Source of the DNA: a virus
Lineage: Duplodnaviria > Heunggongvirae > Uroviricota > Caudoviricetes
Reading direction: 5' to 3' (one strand)
DNA: 64,000 nucleotides
IMG/VR virus record: IMGVR_UViG_3300023184_000076
Coordinates: 1-64,000 of that record
The position numbers and the translations under genes are program-made. Below, one piece after another: positions 54,671 to 64,000 of this stretch (position 1 is the first letter of the stretch; each line of letters begins with the position of its first letter). Under the pieces are notes generated by a model, which had not been told where the DNA came from, did no database searches, and saw only the letters and a list, made by a program, of their open reading frames with translations.

Positions 54671-55525
54671 TTATTTTGTCAAATACTTTTTCATATCCAT
54701 TTCAAGAATTGTATTAATAGTTTTCTTTCCAACTCTATGTTCCACAAATTCTCTATCTTCTGTTAATAACACAACAATACATCCCATCAGTTTTATGTTC
54801 TCATATTTTGTTCCCTCCAACATCTTTAATAATAACTTACCATAAAAAGGTAATTGTGTGTTGTAGTGACCAAGAGCATTATCGGGTAAATCCTCAAATG
54901 GTCTTTTCATTGGTTTTGTGTAATTATTCTTTTCAAAGTTTTTAGGTTTGTTTGTTTTCCAATCCGTAATCAAAATACCAAGATCACCATTTGTACCAAT
55001 AATCAACCACACCTTATCGGGTTGTCCTGTGTACCCCAATTCAGGGTGTCCTAAAACCATCTCCGTATCAAGTAAGATACAGTTACGTTCTTTTATTAAA
55101 TCAATGTACCGTTTACCGGCAATAACCATTGTGTCTCCTTTAATTATTTGTTCTGCATCACATTCATAAATTGGTTGTCGTACTTCTTTATCAATTCCGA
55201 ATTCTTCCAACGTATGTTTCTCTAATATGAAGTGAACACGAGATCCCATGTTTGTAGAGTATGTTCCAGCATTTGCCCATTCCTCTAACAATCGTTGTTG
55301 TTCATAAGGATCACCATTTGCTTTCCTATATGAAATTCCCTCAGAATCAAATTCAGTATAGAATAATTTCATTACTTTAGAAACCGAAGGAAAATCATCC
55401 CTTAATTTACCATTAATATCCAACATTGTATATTTGTGAGCGTCTTCCTCAAATGTTAGTTGGAACTCTTTTTGTTTTTCTGAGATGATTTCTCTAATCT
55501 CTTCCGCTATTTTTTTTAAATCCAT
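54671..55525 (-). CDS. putative PD-(D/E)XK-family nuclease
   Basis: LDTEMV ... QPDKVW ... ITDWKTN consistent with D...(D/E)xK core; weak. Confidence 0.4.
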   Translation of the reverse strand: MDLKKIAEEIREIISEKQKEFQLTFEEDAHKYTMLDINGKLRDDFPSVSKVMKLFYTEFDSEGISYRKANGDPYEQQRLLEEWANAGTYSTNMGSRVHFILEKHTLEEFGIDKEVRQPIYECDAEQIIKGDTMVIAGKRYIDLIKERNCILLDTEMVLGHPELGYTGQPDKVWLIIGTNGDLGILITDWKTNKPKNFEKNNYTKPMKRPFEDLPDNALGHYNTQLPFYGKLLLKMLEGTKYENIKLMGCIVVLLTEDREFVEHRVGKKTINTILEMDMKKYLTK

Positions 55526-56424
55526 TAATCTTTTAATTTTACAAAGTATTCATTTATATTTCCTCTTAAATCACACACATCTTGGTCCATAGGTAAATGA
55601 ACAATCTTAATTCGTTCATACAACTCACCACCATTAAGTTCACGATATAGTTTAATCGCATTACTCCAAGCATCACCATCAAGAGCAATAATTACATCTC
55701 CCTTAGATTTCATGTATATTTTTTCAAATAAGATCTCCGACATATGTTTACCTAACATCGGAATGGAGTTATCTAAGAAAAACCCATCAAATACTCCTTC
55801 AACTAAATAAATGTCTTTATCCCAATCTATTAACCTTTCGTTGAAGATGATTTTATCTTTCTCCGCTTCAGGGTTCTTATATTTAAATTTACTTTTTGTG
55901 TCCCAACTACGGGCAACATAGTAATTTAATTCTCCATCACTATCGTATGATGGGACGACAATGCGACCTGTATGACTACCACGATCACAAAAGCCAATAT
56001 TATATTTCTTAATGATTTCATCCGTTATTCCCCGACTTTTTAAATAATTATATGCTTGTCTTCTAACAGGGTACACCGGACTTGATTCCGTAAATAAGGT
56101 GAATCCCTCAGGAAGTGTTAATTTTTTTGTTCTTTTTTGTCTTGGTTGTACCGTCTCAGGTTTTAAGACATTATATAATTTTTTTAATTTTTTGTTTCCA
56201 TACTTATCAAAAAGTTTACCCAAAGATCCATGTGTTCCATCTATATCACCACAAGACCAACATTTATAAACATTATTTACGTAATTTATTTCTAAATTAT
56301 GTTTATTTCTACCCTCATCACAGACGGGGCAGTTAAATGATATCTGACCCTTATTGGGATAGTGTAGACCATGGTCACCCAAAAGATCCTCCAATAACTC
56401 AACAATCGCATCATTTTCTTCCAT
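55525..56424 (-). CDS. DNA primase (CHC2 zinc finger + TOPRIM)
   Basis: CPVCDEG...H...CWSCG zinc finger; TOPRIM LVEGVFDGF and ALDGDAW. Confidence 0.7.
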   Translation of the reverse strand: MEENDAIVELLEDLLGDHGLHYPNKGQISFNCPVCDEGRNKHNLEINYVNNVYKCWSCGDIDGTHGSLGKLFDKYGNKKLKKLYNVLKPETVQPRQKRTKKLTLPEGFTLFTESSPVYPVRRQAYNYLKSRGITDEIIKKYNIGFCDRGSHTGRIVVPSYDSDGELNYYVARSWDTKSKFKYKNPEAEKDKIIFNERLIDWDKDIYLVEGVFDGFFLDNSIPMLGKHMSEILFEKIYMKSKGDVIIALDGDAWSNAIKLYRELNGGELYERIKIVHLPMDQDVCDLRGNINEYFVKLKD

Positions 56425-56510
56425 CCTTTAAAATATAGATAAATTATTTCGTTTAATCAACTACACAAGTTTTTCATTCCCCCTATATTTATACAATAGA
56501 ATAAAAATAT

Positions 56511-56732
56511 ATGGATACAAACATTACAATCACTTCTATTACCGGAATATCACCTTACGATGTTTACGTGTGTGATACAGGGTACACAACTTGTATATAC
56601 GTGTCAACAATTAATAGTGGTGATTTACCATATTCTTTTATGATTCCATCAATTTTTTCCTCATTTACAAATTTTGTGGTTAAAGTGATTGATGATAATG
56701 ATTGTGTGATAACAGAAAATATTAGTATATAA
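56511..56732 (+). CDS. hypothetical protein (73 aa)
   Basis: ORF with TATATTTAT motif 20 nt upstream. Confidence 0.45.
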   Translation: MDTNITITSITGISPYDVYVCDTGYTTCIYVSTINSGDLPYSFMIPSIFSSFTNFVVKVIDDNDCVITENISI

Positions 56733-58909
56733 TGGCAATTTCAGTAGGATTTTTTATATCAGGCACAACATCATCAGGACTGTGTTCAGGACCATTTACC
56801 ATTGAGTTGTTTACTACAACGCCACCTCTTGTAATTGGTTCCGATCTTTTTTTAAATGCGGGTGGTACCATAAATCCTCCTGATCCAGCATATTATTCAG
56901 ATGGGATAAATGTATATAGTTATAAAGGTCGTCAAATAGATGGTATTGTTCCTTGTCCAACTCCAACACCAACACCAAATTTAACCGCAACACCAACACC
57001 AACTCCGACACCAACAGAAACATTAACAACTACAACCACAACAATTTGTGCAAATAGTTGTATGGATTGCGGACCAAGTTATTCGGCATATAGTGAAACT
57101 CAATGTTATTCATTAGATGTTGTATCGGCAACGGCCCCTTTAACACCAATATCTTTTGTTGATATAGGGTATTCACAATATAGTAGTTATGGTTCATTTA
57201 TTTATGACCCAGGTTATAGCATTTCAGGTTTTACTAACCCAAGTGGGGGTGATTATGTTTTATTACCTTCAAATACTTTATGGGATAATCCCTCACTTAA
57301 TACTACTGATGGACCATTAAATAGATGTGGTGTATGGACCGTAAATTACCCTTCTTACGCACCCCCATACAATATATGGCTTGGTTTTAGTCAATGTATT
57401 GATATTACAGAAACAAAAACATACTATATTGGTATTGGAGCAGATAATGATTTCAAATTAAAAATTGATGGTATCACAATTGTTGATTCTAGTTTATCAA
57501 CATATTGGAACACCGCAGGTAGGTCTTATAAAAGATGGAATATTTATCCATTAACTTTAAATTCAGGTAATCACATTATTGAATTATATGGTCGAAATGA
57601 TAATTTATATGGTGGTTTTGGTTGTGAAATTTATGATAACACATTACCCGAATTAAATTCCGCAACATTATATTCGGATCTTAACATTATATTCACATCA
57701 TCAGGTAAAACCCAAGCAACTTTAGTACAATCTAATAGTGGTGAATATTTAACTTCAGGTTATACTTGTTCATCAGGTTATATTTATAATTCTTGTGATA
57801 ATACCTGTGTTAAATATGATTTTTGTGATATTTGCCCTGAACCACCAATTATATGTCCTTTTGAAACCTATTGTATATCAATAGGTGATAGTTATTATGA
57901 TGACACATATATAAGTGGTGGTACGTGGGATGATCAAATTTTTTGGGGTGGTGTTTCAAATGGTTTATTCATTTATTACTCATCAAGTCATGATCGTTGG
58001 TGTTTATCAGATTCCTTAGGTGGTGCATGTTTTTTATTTGGCCCATCTCCTTGTAATAGTGATTGTCCTGACTTATGTGATAATTTTTTCACTGGTGGAT
58101 CTTGTCCTACACCAACTCCAACCCCAACAGAATATTGTCAACCAATTTCTTTTGAGGCGGTGTTTGATTGTGAATTACCTTTAACCCCAACGGCAACGGT
58201 AACAGGCACACCAACACCAACACCAACACCAACACCTACCGCAACTGAAATTTGTGGTGGTAAAGGAATATCGGTAACAGTAAATGTATTAACACCTACC
58301 CCTACCGCAACAAGTGGTAAAATGGTCCCAACACCAACGGCTTCACCACAATATAATTGTAACTTTGATGGGTCAGTTGTATTTAACACATTTGACGATT
58401 ATATCAGATGTAATGGTAGTAAAAGTTTTAAAGACTGTGTTTCAGGTTTCTTATATTATACGACTGATGTTGTTTTAGATCCTTTTGGTGAAACACCAGC
58501 TGAAGAATATGTGTACCAATCATTTGTGAATGGTATTTCAACTTGTATAACATATGAAGGATTTGTAAGTGATATTTCAGGAGTTAGTACTATCGTATTA
58601 ACAGGAATACTTGGCCCTAAATCGGAAGGATCTTGTTCACAATGTGTTATAATAAATACCCCAACTCCAACACCAACATTAACAAGTACCCCAACACCAA
58701 CGGCTTCATCCCCACTACCTATTTGTTACCAATATTTAGTTGTAAATAATTACATTAAACCAAGTCCTTTTACCTACACATTGTGTTCAACAGGATCACC
58801 AATAACACAAGACGTTAATGGTTATGGGTCAACAACTATATGTTCATCAACAATCCCAACAACAACATCAAATTTCATCACAATAACCAATACTGGTATT
58901 TGTAATTAA
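56732..58909 (+). CDS. large structural-type protein with Pro-Thr (PTPTPT) linkers and many Cys; putative tail fibre/adhesin
   Basis: Multiple PTPTPTP linkers separating globular segments. Confidence 0.55.
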   Translation: MAISVGFFISGTTSSGLCSGPFTIELFTTTPPLVIGSDLFLNAGGTINPPDPAYYSDGINVYSYKGRQIDGIVPCPTPTPTPNLTATPTPTPTPTETLTTTTTTICANSCMDCGPSYSAYSETQCYSLDVVSATAPLTPISFVDIGYSQYSSYGSFIYDPGYSISGFTNPSGGDYVLLPSNTLWDNPSLNTTDGPLNRCGVWTVNYPSYAPPYNIWLGFSQCIDITETKTYYIGIGADNDFKLKIDGITIVDSSLSTYWNTAGRSYKRWNIYPLTLNSGNHIIELYGRNDNLYGGFGCEIYDNTLPELNSATLYSDLNIIFTSSGKTQATLVQSNSGEYLTSGYTCSSGYIYNSCDNTCVKYDFCDICPEPPIICPFETYCISIGDSYYDDTYISGGTWDDQIFWGGVSNGLFIYYSSSHDRWCLSDSLGGACFLFGPSPCNSDCPDLCDNFFTGGSCPTPTPTPTEYCQPISFEAVFDCELPLTPTATVTGTPTPTPTPTPTATEICGGKGISVTVNVLTPTPTATSGKMVPTPTASPQYNCNFDGSVVFNTFDDYIRCNGSKSFKDCVSGFLYYTTDVVLDPFGETPAEEYVYQSFVNGISTCITYEGFVSDISGVSTIVLTGILGPKSEGSCSQCVIINTPTPTPTLTSTPTPTASSPLPICYQYLVVNNYIKPSPFTYTLCSTGSPITQDVNGYGSTTICSSTIPTTTSNFITITNTGICN

Positions 58910-58927
58910 ATTATAAGACAAAAAAAA

Positions 58928-58988
58928 ATATCGTCTAAAAAGACGATATCTGTATTTATCGGTTAAAAAGACGATATTTGGATTTATG
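58928..58988. repeat. 22-bp perfect palindrome ATATCGTCTaaaaAGACGATAT followed by two ~25-nt direct repeats (TAAAAAGACGATATNTGNATTTAT) 28 nt apart
   Basis: Direct inspection of the intergenic region between convergent genes. Confidence 0.6.
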
Positions 58989-59004
58989 TATGTTTTTTAT
59001 GGAC

Positions 59005-59613
59005 TTAAATCCAAATTTCCTTACTTCTCATGTAACCTAATACACAAGTATAAGCATCTGTTTGGTCAAAGTTCTCTTTCTTTAAAGTATTGTTTCTAGT
59101 GTATTGCCATTGGATCTGAGGTTCTTTTTTCGCCACCAACTCCCATATGATCATTTTCTTATCAATGTCCTTAGGAAGTCCTCCAAATAGGACGTGTTTC
59201 TTTTTATCGTTTTCTTGAACTAATTCAGGAAACGCAAATTTTCTTGAGTTATAGGTTGAGATGAATTCAGGTACAATTCCTAATATATCATATATTGTTT
59301 TACAAATTAAAGTATTAAATCTTAATAATGTTTGAATTGTATAAACATTATTAGAGTTTAATAATGGTTCTTCAATAATAACACTTACAATACCTAATTT
59401 TTTATAATCCTCCAATTTAGTTTTGAATACTTCAGATTTCAATATTAATTCTAACATTTTATTTTCTTCAGTATCTTTATTTTTAGGTCTTGGTGATACA
59501 TGAGTTAATTCTAATAACTCTTTAGTTTTAATATCAAAAAGTGCCCATCCTATTGTTTTAGTTGAAATGTCTAACCCTAATACTTTGGGTGAATTTTTCA
59601 TTGGTGTCCTCAT
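59005..59613 (-). CDS. RuvC-fold Holliday junction resolvase-like protein
   Basis: N-terminal VLGLDISTKTIGWALFD (RuvC/YqgF/poxvirus A22-type motif). Confidence 0.5.
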   Translation of the reverse strand: MRTPMKNSPKVLGLDISTKTIGWALFDIKTKELLELTHVSPRPKNKDTEENKMLELILKSEVFKTKLEDYKKLGIVSVIIEEPLLNSNNVYTIQTLLRFNTLICKTIYDILGIVPEFISTYNSRKFAFPELVQENDKKKHVLFGGLPKDIDKKMIIWELVAKKEPQIQWQYTRNNTLKKENFDQTDAYTCVLGYMRSKEIWI

Positions 59614-59664
59614 AAAAGATTGTTTTATTATAATATAATAGTAAGAAGATAAAACTAAAGTTTT

Positions 59665-62205
59665 TTACAAATCTAACTTAACTACAAACTGTTGTATACC
59701 TTGTCTTAACACAGGTGATTGCATCTTAGAAATTACCATAACATCTTTATTACTATCAAGTAAAGCAATTTCAGTTATGTAAGAATTGGATCCTGACTTC
59801 CACGTTGGGTTTGTTGTAGTTTGGAATTCAGCAAAACTTAAATTTACTTTATACCTCATCTCATATATTGTCGCTTGAATATCACTTTCAAAAGATCCAT
59901 AGAAAAAATACTCATCACCAAAATTAAGTTTAGGGTTTGTATTACCAAGTGGAGTTAATGGTATGTAATTATTAAGGTTATAGTATGGTGCGTTATTATA
60001 AAGATCAGGAGTAATAACAAATGTTGTTCCTGTCAAACCTTCTTCAGTAATGTACCCATTTGATGTGGTACCCGATAATGAATTAGTGTAATCAATAATT
60101 CTCCATTTAGATGGATCAGGTCTTTGTCCTGTAATCACTTTTTGAGCGATAACTTGGAAATTAGTCGCAAAGAACCCATTAGGTGTTTCACAAAATGTAG
60201 GACAAAATGTAGTCGTTGTTGTTGTTAATGGTGAATAAGTTGTTGTTGTTGTTAATGGTGAATAAGTTGTTGTTGTTGTTAATGGTGAATAAGTTGTTGT
60301 TGTCGTCACAGGTAGATAACCAGGTTGGGTTAAACATTTAAACTCTGCACCAAATCTTACCGCCACATTTTTAGATGTGTCAGGATTACAATTATTATTG
60401 TTACCAACAATTTTAGAATAATAATTACAATGTAATGAATCAGTAAAATTACTAGGATTACTTAATCTATACGTAACGTACATAGTCTCACTATTACCCG
60501 TTAAAATACCATCTGTGGTTGCAGTTGTTAAACCACAAGTGTTTGGTGTTATTAACGAAACTTGTGGTGCCGTTAAAGTCCAATTTCTATTTGATTTGTA
60601 AGATAACGCAGCAATTATTTCCTCATCATCAATAATAATTAATTTACTATCAGGGAATACTTTACCAACTCTACTTGGTAATCCATTTGCATTTGCATTG
60701 GTGTCCCATAAATGATAATAACGAATACCAGGTTGGTTCATATCACCATTTTTAGTTGACTTAATATATTGAACTTGGAATAAGTCTTTCCCATCAAATC
60801 CCGGAGGATCAACCCAAAATGTTTGACCATAACAACATTCAGGATTTTTATGCCACATTAATGTTGGTATATGTAATTTAAAGTTTCTTGCTTGCCCTGT
60901 AGTGTTTTCAGGATTTGAATTATTGTATGGTTCCAACGCAAATTTCTCACCGTAGAAGAAATCTATAGTCTGATTGGTATAATGTATAATCGCTATTGCT
61001 TTTTGTTCTTCAGGTTTAACCTGAACAATTTCATCAAATGAGTTGTAGTAATATGTGTAACTTGTATCTGTCTGACCTGATGTTGAATTGTAACCAAAAT
61101 ATTCTTTACTTCCAATATAATCGATAGAACCAAAATAAGTATAATCTTCATACTCAGTAGATCTTAACCCCGCAGGACTCTCGGTCCACGGAATATTCAT
61201 ATTCCATACTTTTACATCAAATTGATCAACATCACAAATAGATTCAAAATTGATAACATCATCCGCCCAATGTGGACGAGGTGTGATGCTATCATATATT
61301 GTCGTCATATTCGGTGGGTATACCAATACTCTACCAAAACAATACGTACTTAACCCAACATAATTAGGTGTTGGTCTATCTAATGTTACATTATCCTCAC
61401 ATATATCAATAATTCTATAAGTTAATATAGGAAAACATGAATGAACAGGTTTAACACATGACGGATCAGGTGGTAATGGACAAACAGGACTATTAGATGG
61501 TGTTAAACAAGGTGTTGCCGATGGTGTTGGTGTCGGAGTTGGTGACGCACATGGATCAGAATTAGTATTTGACGCAGTTGGCGTATTAGTAAGTGTGGGT
61601 GTTGTCCCTATTGTTGCCGTTGGTGTTGGTGTAGGTAAATTAATACAAGAACAATCATATTTCGCTAAACCATCATAATAAATCGTAATAAAATCTCCAA
61701 CACCAGGTTTTTTAGTGTTAGTAGGATCACATATGTCTTGAATAATTTTTATTTGATTTGATCCATTTAACGTTGACATATCAACTATGTAGTTAGATGT
61801 CACAACATATTTGGAACTAGTAAATGCACTCCAATTTATTGTACTTGCACTTGTATTACCCGTAAAAAATCCTCTTAATGGAGCTCTATTATAAACAGGT
61901 TCAATGACAGAATCCATAAATGGTATTCCATAAGTATTACTATTATTAACATCCACAAAATATGGATACTTAATGTTTTGTTTGTTTGATTCAGGAGAAC
62001 CCGCACTATTTTGACTATTAAAACTTGGTTCTAATACAACACTATTAAATTGGTTGTACGTGTTTGGCAATTCATTATATGACACCTCACTATCTCCAAT
62101 TTGGAAATATGAGATGTTAAAATTACCCTGTGATAACTTTAACCTTCCTGTATCAGTGATCCTAGTGTTAACCAACCCTGATGTATTTTTTAATATATAG
62201 CTCAT
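59665..62205 (-). CDS. large structural-type protein with PT linkers and 3x TTTTTYSPL repeat
   Basis: PTPTPTATIGTTPT..., tandem 24-nt DNA repeat at ~60205-60300. Confidence 0.55.
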   Translation of the reverse strand: MSYILKNTSGLVNTRITDTGRLKLSQGNFNISYFQIGDSEVSYNELPNTYNQFNSVVLEPSFNSQNSAGSPESNKQNIKYPYFVDVNNSNTYGIPFMDSVIEPVYNRAPLRGFFTGNTSASTINWSAFTSSKYVVTSNYIVDMSTLNGSNQIKIIQDICDPTNTKKPGVGDFITIYYDGLAKYDCSCINLPTPTPTATIGTTPTLTNTPTASNTNSDPCASPTPTPTPSATPCLTPSNSPVCPLPPDPSCVKPVHSCFPILTYRIIDICEDNVTLDRPTPNYVGLSTYCFGRVLVYPPNMTTIYDSITPRPHWADDVINFESICDVDQFDVKVWNMNIPWTESPAGLRSTEYEDYTYFGSIDYIGSKEYFGYNSTSGQTDTSYTYYYNSFDEIVQVKPEEQKAIAIIHYTNQTIDFFYGEKFALEPYNNSNPENTTGQARNFKLHIPTLMWHKNPECCYGQTFWVDPPGFDGKDLFQVQYIKSTKNGDMNQPGIRYYHLWDTNANANGLPSRVGKVFPDSKLIIIDDEEIIAALSYKSNRNWTLTAPQVSLITPNTCGLTTATTDGILTGNSETMYVTYRLSNPSNFTDSLHCNYYSKIVGNNNNCNPDTSKNVAVRFGAEFKCLTQPGYLPVTTTTTYSPLTTTTTYSPLTTTTTYSPLTTTTTTFCPTFCETPNGFFATNFQVIAQKVITGQRPDPSKWRIIDYTNSLSGTTSNGYITEEGLTGTTFVITPDLYNNAPYYNLNNYIPLTPLGNTNPKLNFGDEYFFYGSFESDIQATIYEMRYKVNLSFAEFQTTTNPTWKSGSNSYITEIALLDSNKDVMVISKMQSPVLRQGIQQFVVKLDL
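60205..60300. repeat. tandem 24-nt repeat x3 (gttgttgttgttaatggtgaataa) encoding TTTTTYSPL x3
   Basis: Direct inspection. Confidence 0.7.
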
Positions 62206-62243
62206 TTAATCAATAAATAGTTTATTTATAATTTTTTATCCTT

Positions 62244-63584
62244 TTAAGCCCTAGTTTCACTAAATTGTTTAACAGGATTTTTAATTGTTAGATTACAACA
62301 TTCACAATTATTTAAGATCGCTTTCTCAATAATTACATTAGTTGTTCGATTAACCGAATAACAATTAACTAAAGGAGTAATCGGATTTATTGTGTCTGTA
62401 AATGTACCACTAACAGTTGTCGTAGAATTAAAAGTTAATGAGTTCCAAGTGGTAACATTAGTATTTGTATAAACAGATCCTGAATCACAAGGGTTAAACG
62501 CAACACTCGTACTTAACATAGGTGATGGTGTTGTAATAGGTGACCCATTAACAATAAGAGTAACCACATTATTGTATACCGCTACGGTTGGTGATGGTGC
62601 CACTTTAAATACACTATTATGTTTTAAATCAAAAGTGATAGACGCACCAACAGGTAATGTAGGTGTCACATTTATATTAAATGAGTTAGGTCCCGTTGAG
62701 ACCAAAGCAATTTGATATGTTTGATTAGGTGGGGGAGCCAATAATGTAACACTTTGTGTTGTTGTTATGTTATTTGAGTCTTTCACTTTAACAGAATAAA
62801 TTCCACCAGATAAATTAGTAAACACAGGACTCGATTGATATGTAGTCCCACCATTAATTGAATATTGGTATGACGGTGTCCCGCCATTTGCAGTTATGAT
62901 AATACTACCATTACTACCACAAGTTGGTGATTGACTACTTATTGACATATTAACTATAGGATTATCAATACATAGTCCTTCTGTTACCGTAATAATAAAT
63001 GTCCCCGAATAACTTCCACCTAAGAATTGCCATCCCGTTAATGGAGGTACTGATGTATTTGAATTGTATATAATACCATCACTCCATCCATCTACTAACC
63101 ATTGATTTGTAGTACCTGTACTCCAATATATATTATATAAGTCATCATCAGATACCCAAGTAGGGTATCCATTTAAATAACCATTAAATAAGAATTGATT
63201 TGTTTGATAATTTGACCCAGTAGTATCTATAAAATTCATACATAAATCACCATAAGGAGGTAATGTGGTTGTTGAGGTAGAGGTTGTTGATGTAGTTGTT
63301 GTTGCAGTTAAACTACAAATTGTATTTGCAGTAAAATCACCATAAAAATCAACGATAGTTGCATGGTAATCTCCAACACCAAGATTATCTTTTGTTGGAC
63401 CTGAACCACCTTCTTCCCAAGTAATATTATATGGTGGAGTTCCACCACTAACCATTAAACTAATTGCCCCATCATAAGATTGTGGAGAACTTGGATTAGT
63501 TGTATTACAAATAGCAGTCATTGGAAATAACGTTACTATCGCACATTCATTTACAGGTTTTATTGATATCGGTTGAGTTCCCAT
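62244..63584 (-). CDS. Thr/Ser-rich structural-type protein (Ig-like/β-rich)
   Basis: Composition, adjacency to PT-linker proteins. Confidence 0.5.
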   Translation of the reverse strand: MGTQPISIKPVNECAIVTLFPMTAICNTTNPSSPQSYDGAISLMVSGGTPPYNITWEEGGSGPTKDNLGVGDYHATIVDFYGDFTANTICSLTATTTTSTTSTSTTTLPPYGDLCMNFIDTTGSNYQTNQFLFNGYLNGYPTWVSDDDLYNIYWSTGTTNQWLVDGWSDGIIYNSNTSVPPLTGWQFLGGSYSGTFIITVTEGLCIDNPIVNMSISSQSPTCGSNGSIIITANGGTPSYQYSINGGTTYQSSPVFTNLSGGIYSVKVKDSNNITTTQSVTLLAPPPNQTYQIALVSTGPNSFNINVTPTLPVGASITFDLKHNSVFKVAPSPTVAVYNNVVTLIVNGSPITTPSPMLSTSVAFNPCDSGSVYTNTNVTTWNSLTFNSTTTVSGTFTDTINPITPLVNCYSVNRTTNVIIEKAILNNCECCNLTIKNPVKQFSETRA

Positions 63585-63601
63585 TACTAATAAATAATCA
63601 G

Positions 63602-64000
63602 TTATTTATTTTTTTCCAAAAATGACTTCATTACTTCAATATATTTAATTGTAGAACTATTTTTGTCCACATAATTAAAGAAATTAATGTCCTTTCTTAA
63701 ATCCTCAATCGGATTCCTGTTTATGAAATCTCCCTTATAAAATTTCGTGGTCTTTAAATGGTCGGTAACACCTGCCATATGTAATATTGGTTTTTTATTA
63801 TAAATATCAATATCATCAGTTGCCCAAGAAAAATCTAACTCATTTGTGATTTTTGTTTCATATCCCGAATTCCACATATTCCATAATAACGACCACATTT
63901 CTGCGGTCCAAAATTGTATTTGTCCTGGATTAATTGGGAACCTTCTTTGGTAATCTAACATTTGATTATATAGTGGTGTACAATCATCATAAATCTTACC
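63602..64000 (-). CDS. hypothetical protein; frame stays open upstream to the window edge, so N-terminus may lie outside
   Basis: No in-frame stop between 63962 and 64000. Confidence 0.4.
   Translation of the reverse strand, partial: GKIYDDCTPLYNQMLDYQRRFPINPGQIQFWTAEMWSLLWNMWNSGYETKITNELDFSWATDDIDIYNKKPILHMAGVTDHLKTTKFYKGDFINRNPIEDLRKDINFFNYVDKNSSTIKYIEVMKSFLEKNK

Noticed and set aside
58138-58389. 83-aa minus ORF (GVGV repeats)
   Set aside because: Antisense reading of the PTPTPT linker-coding DNA of 56732..58909

Overview
AT-rich (~30% GC), densely packed region, almost entirely minus-strand and co-linear. The gene content points to a large (jumbo-type) bacteriophage of a Bacteroidetes/Flavobacteriia host. 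Indicators: a sigma-70 family factor, SbcCD, primase, RuvC-like resolvase, an RNA-repair toolkit, PT-linker structural proteins, Bacteroidetes-style signal peptides and lipoboxes, and a recurrent TAnnTTTG (-7 box) motif upstream of gene starts. Recognisable genes include a CCA-adding enzyme, an Rnl2-like RNA ligase, a P-loop kinase plus metallophosphoesterase pair (split Pnkp-like), Nudix, a DUF192 protein and a DHH phosphoesterase. Also present are two orphan adenine methyltransferases, a type-II glutamine synthetase (auxiliary metabolic gene), DUF3310, thioredoxin, glutaredoxin, a GIY-YIG homing endonuclease and DnaJ. Cell-wall enzymes are an SLT transglycosylase, PG-binding proteins and an amidase, and there are SPFH/band-7 and LRR proteins. 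Most unusual are a membrane-anchored protein with a genuine annexin repeat, an unannotated Hc1-type histone-like small ORF, two Cys-repeat proteins (one with an EF-hand-like loop), two very acidic large proteins, and a 22-aa tandem-repeat protein at the left edge. A GC-rich ~130-nt non-coding locus at 45.9-46.1 kb has its own promoter motif and terminator and is a candidate small RNA. No CRISPR array, rRNA or canonical tRNA was seen. The ORF track's longest-ORF starts overshoot in several cases and were corrected using the promoter motif and terminator positions. Several <60-aa membrane peptide ORFs are missing from the track. All functional calls are from motif recognition by eye, not database searches.
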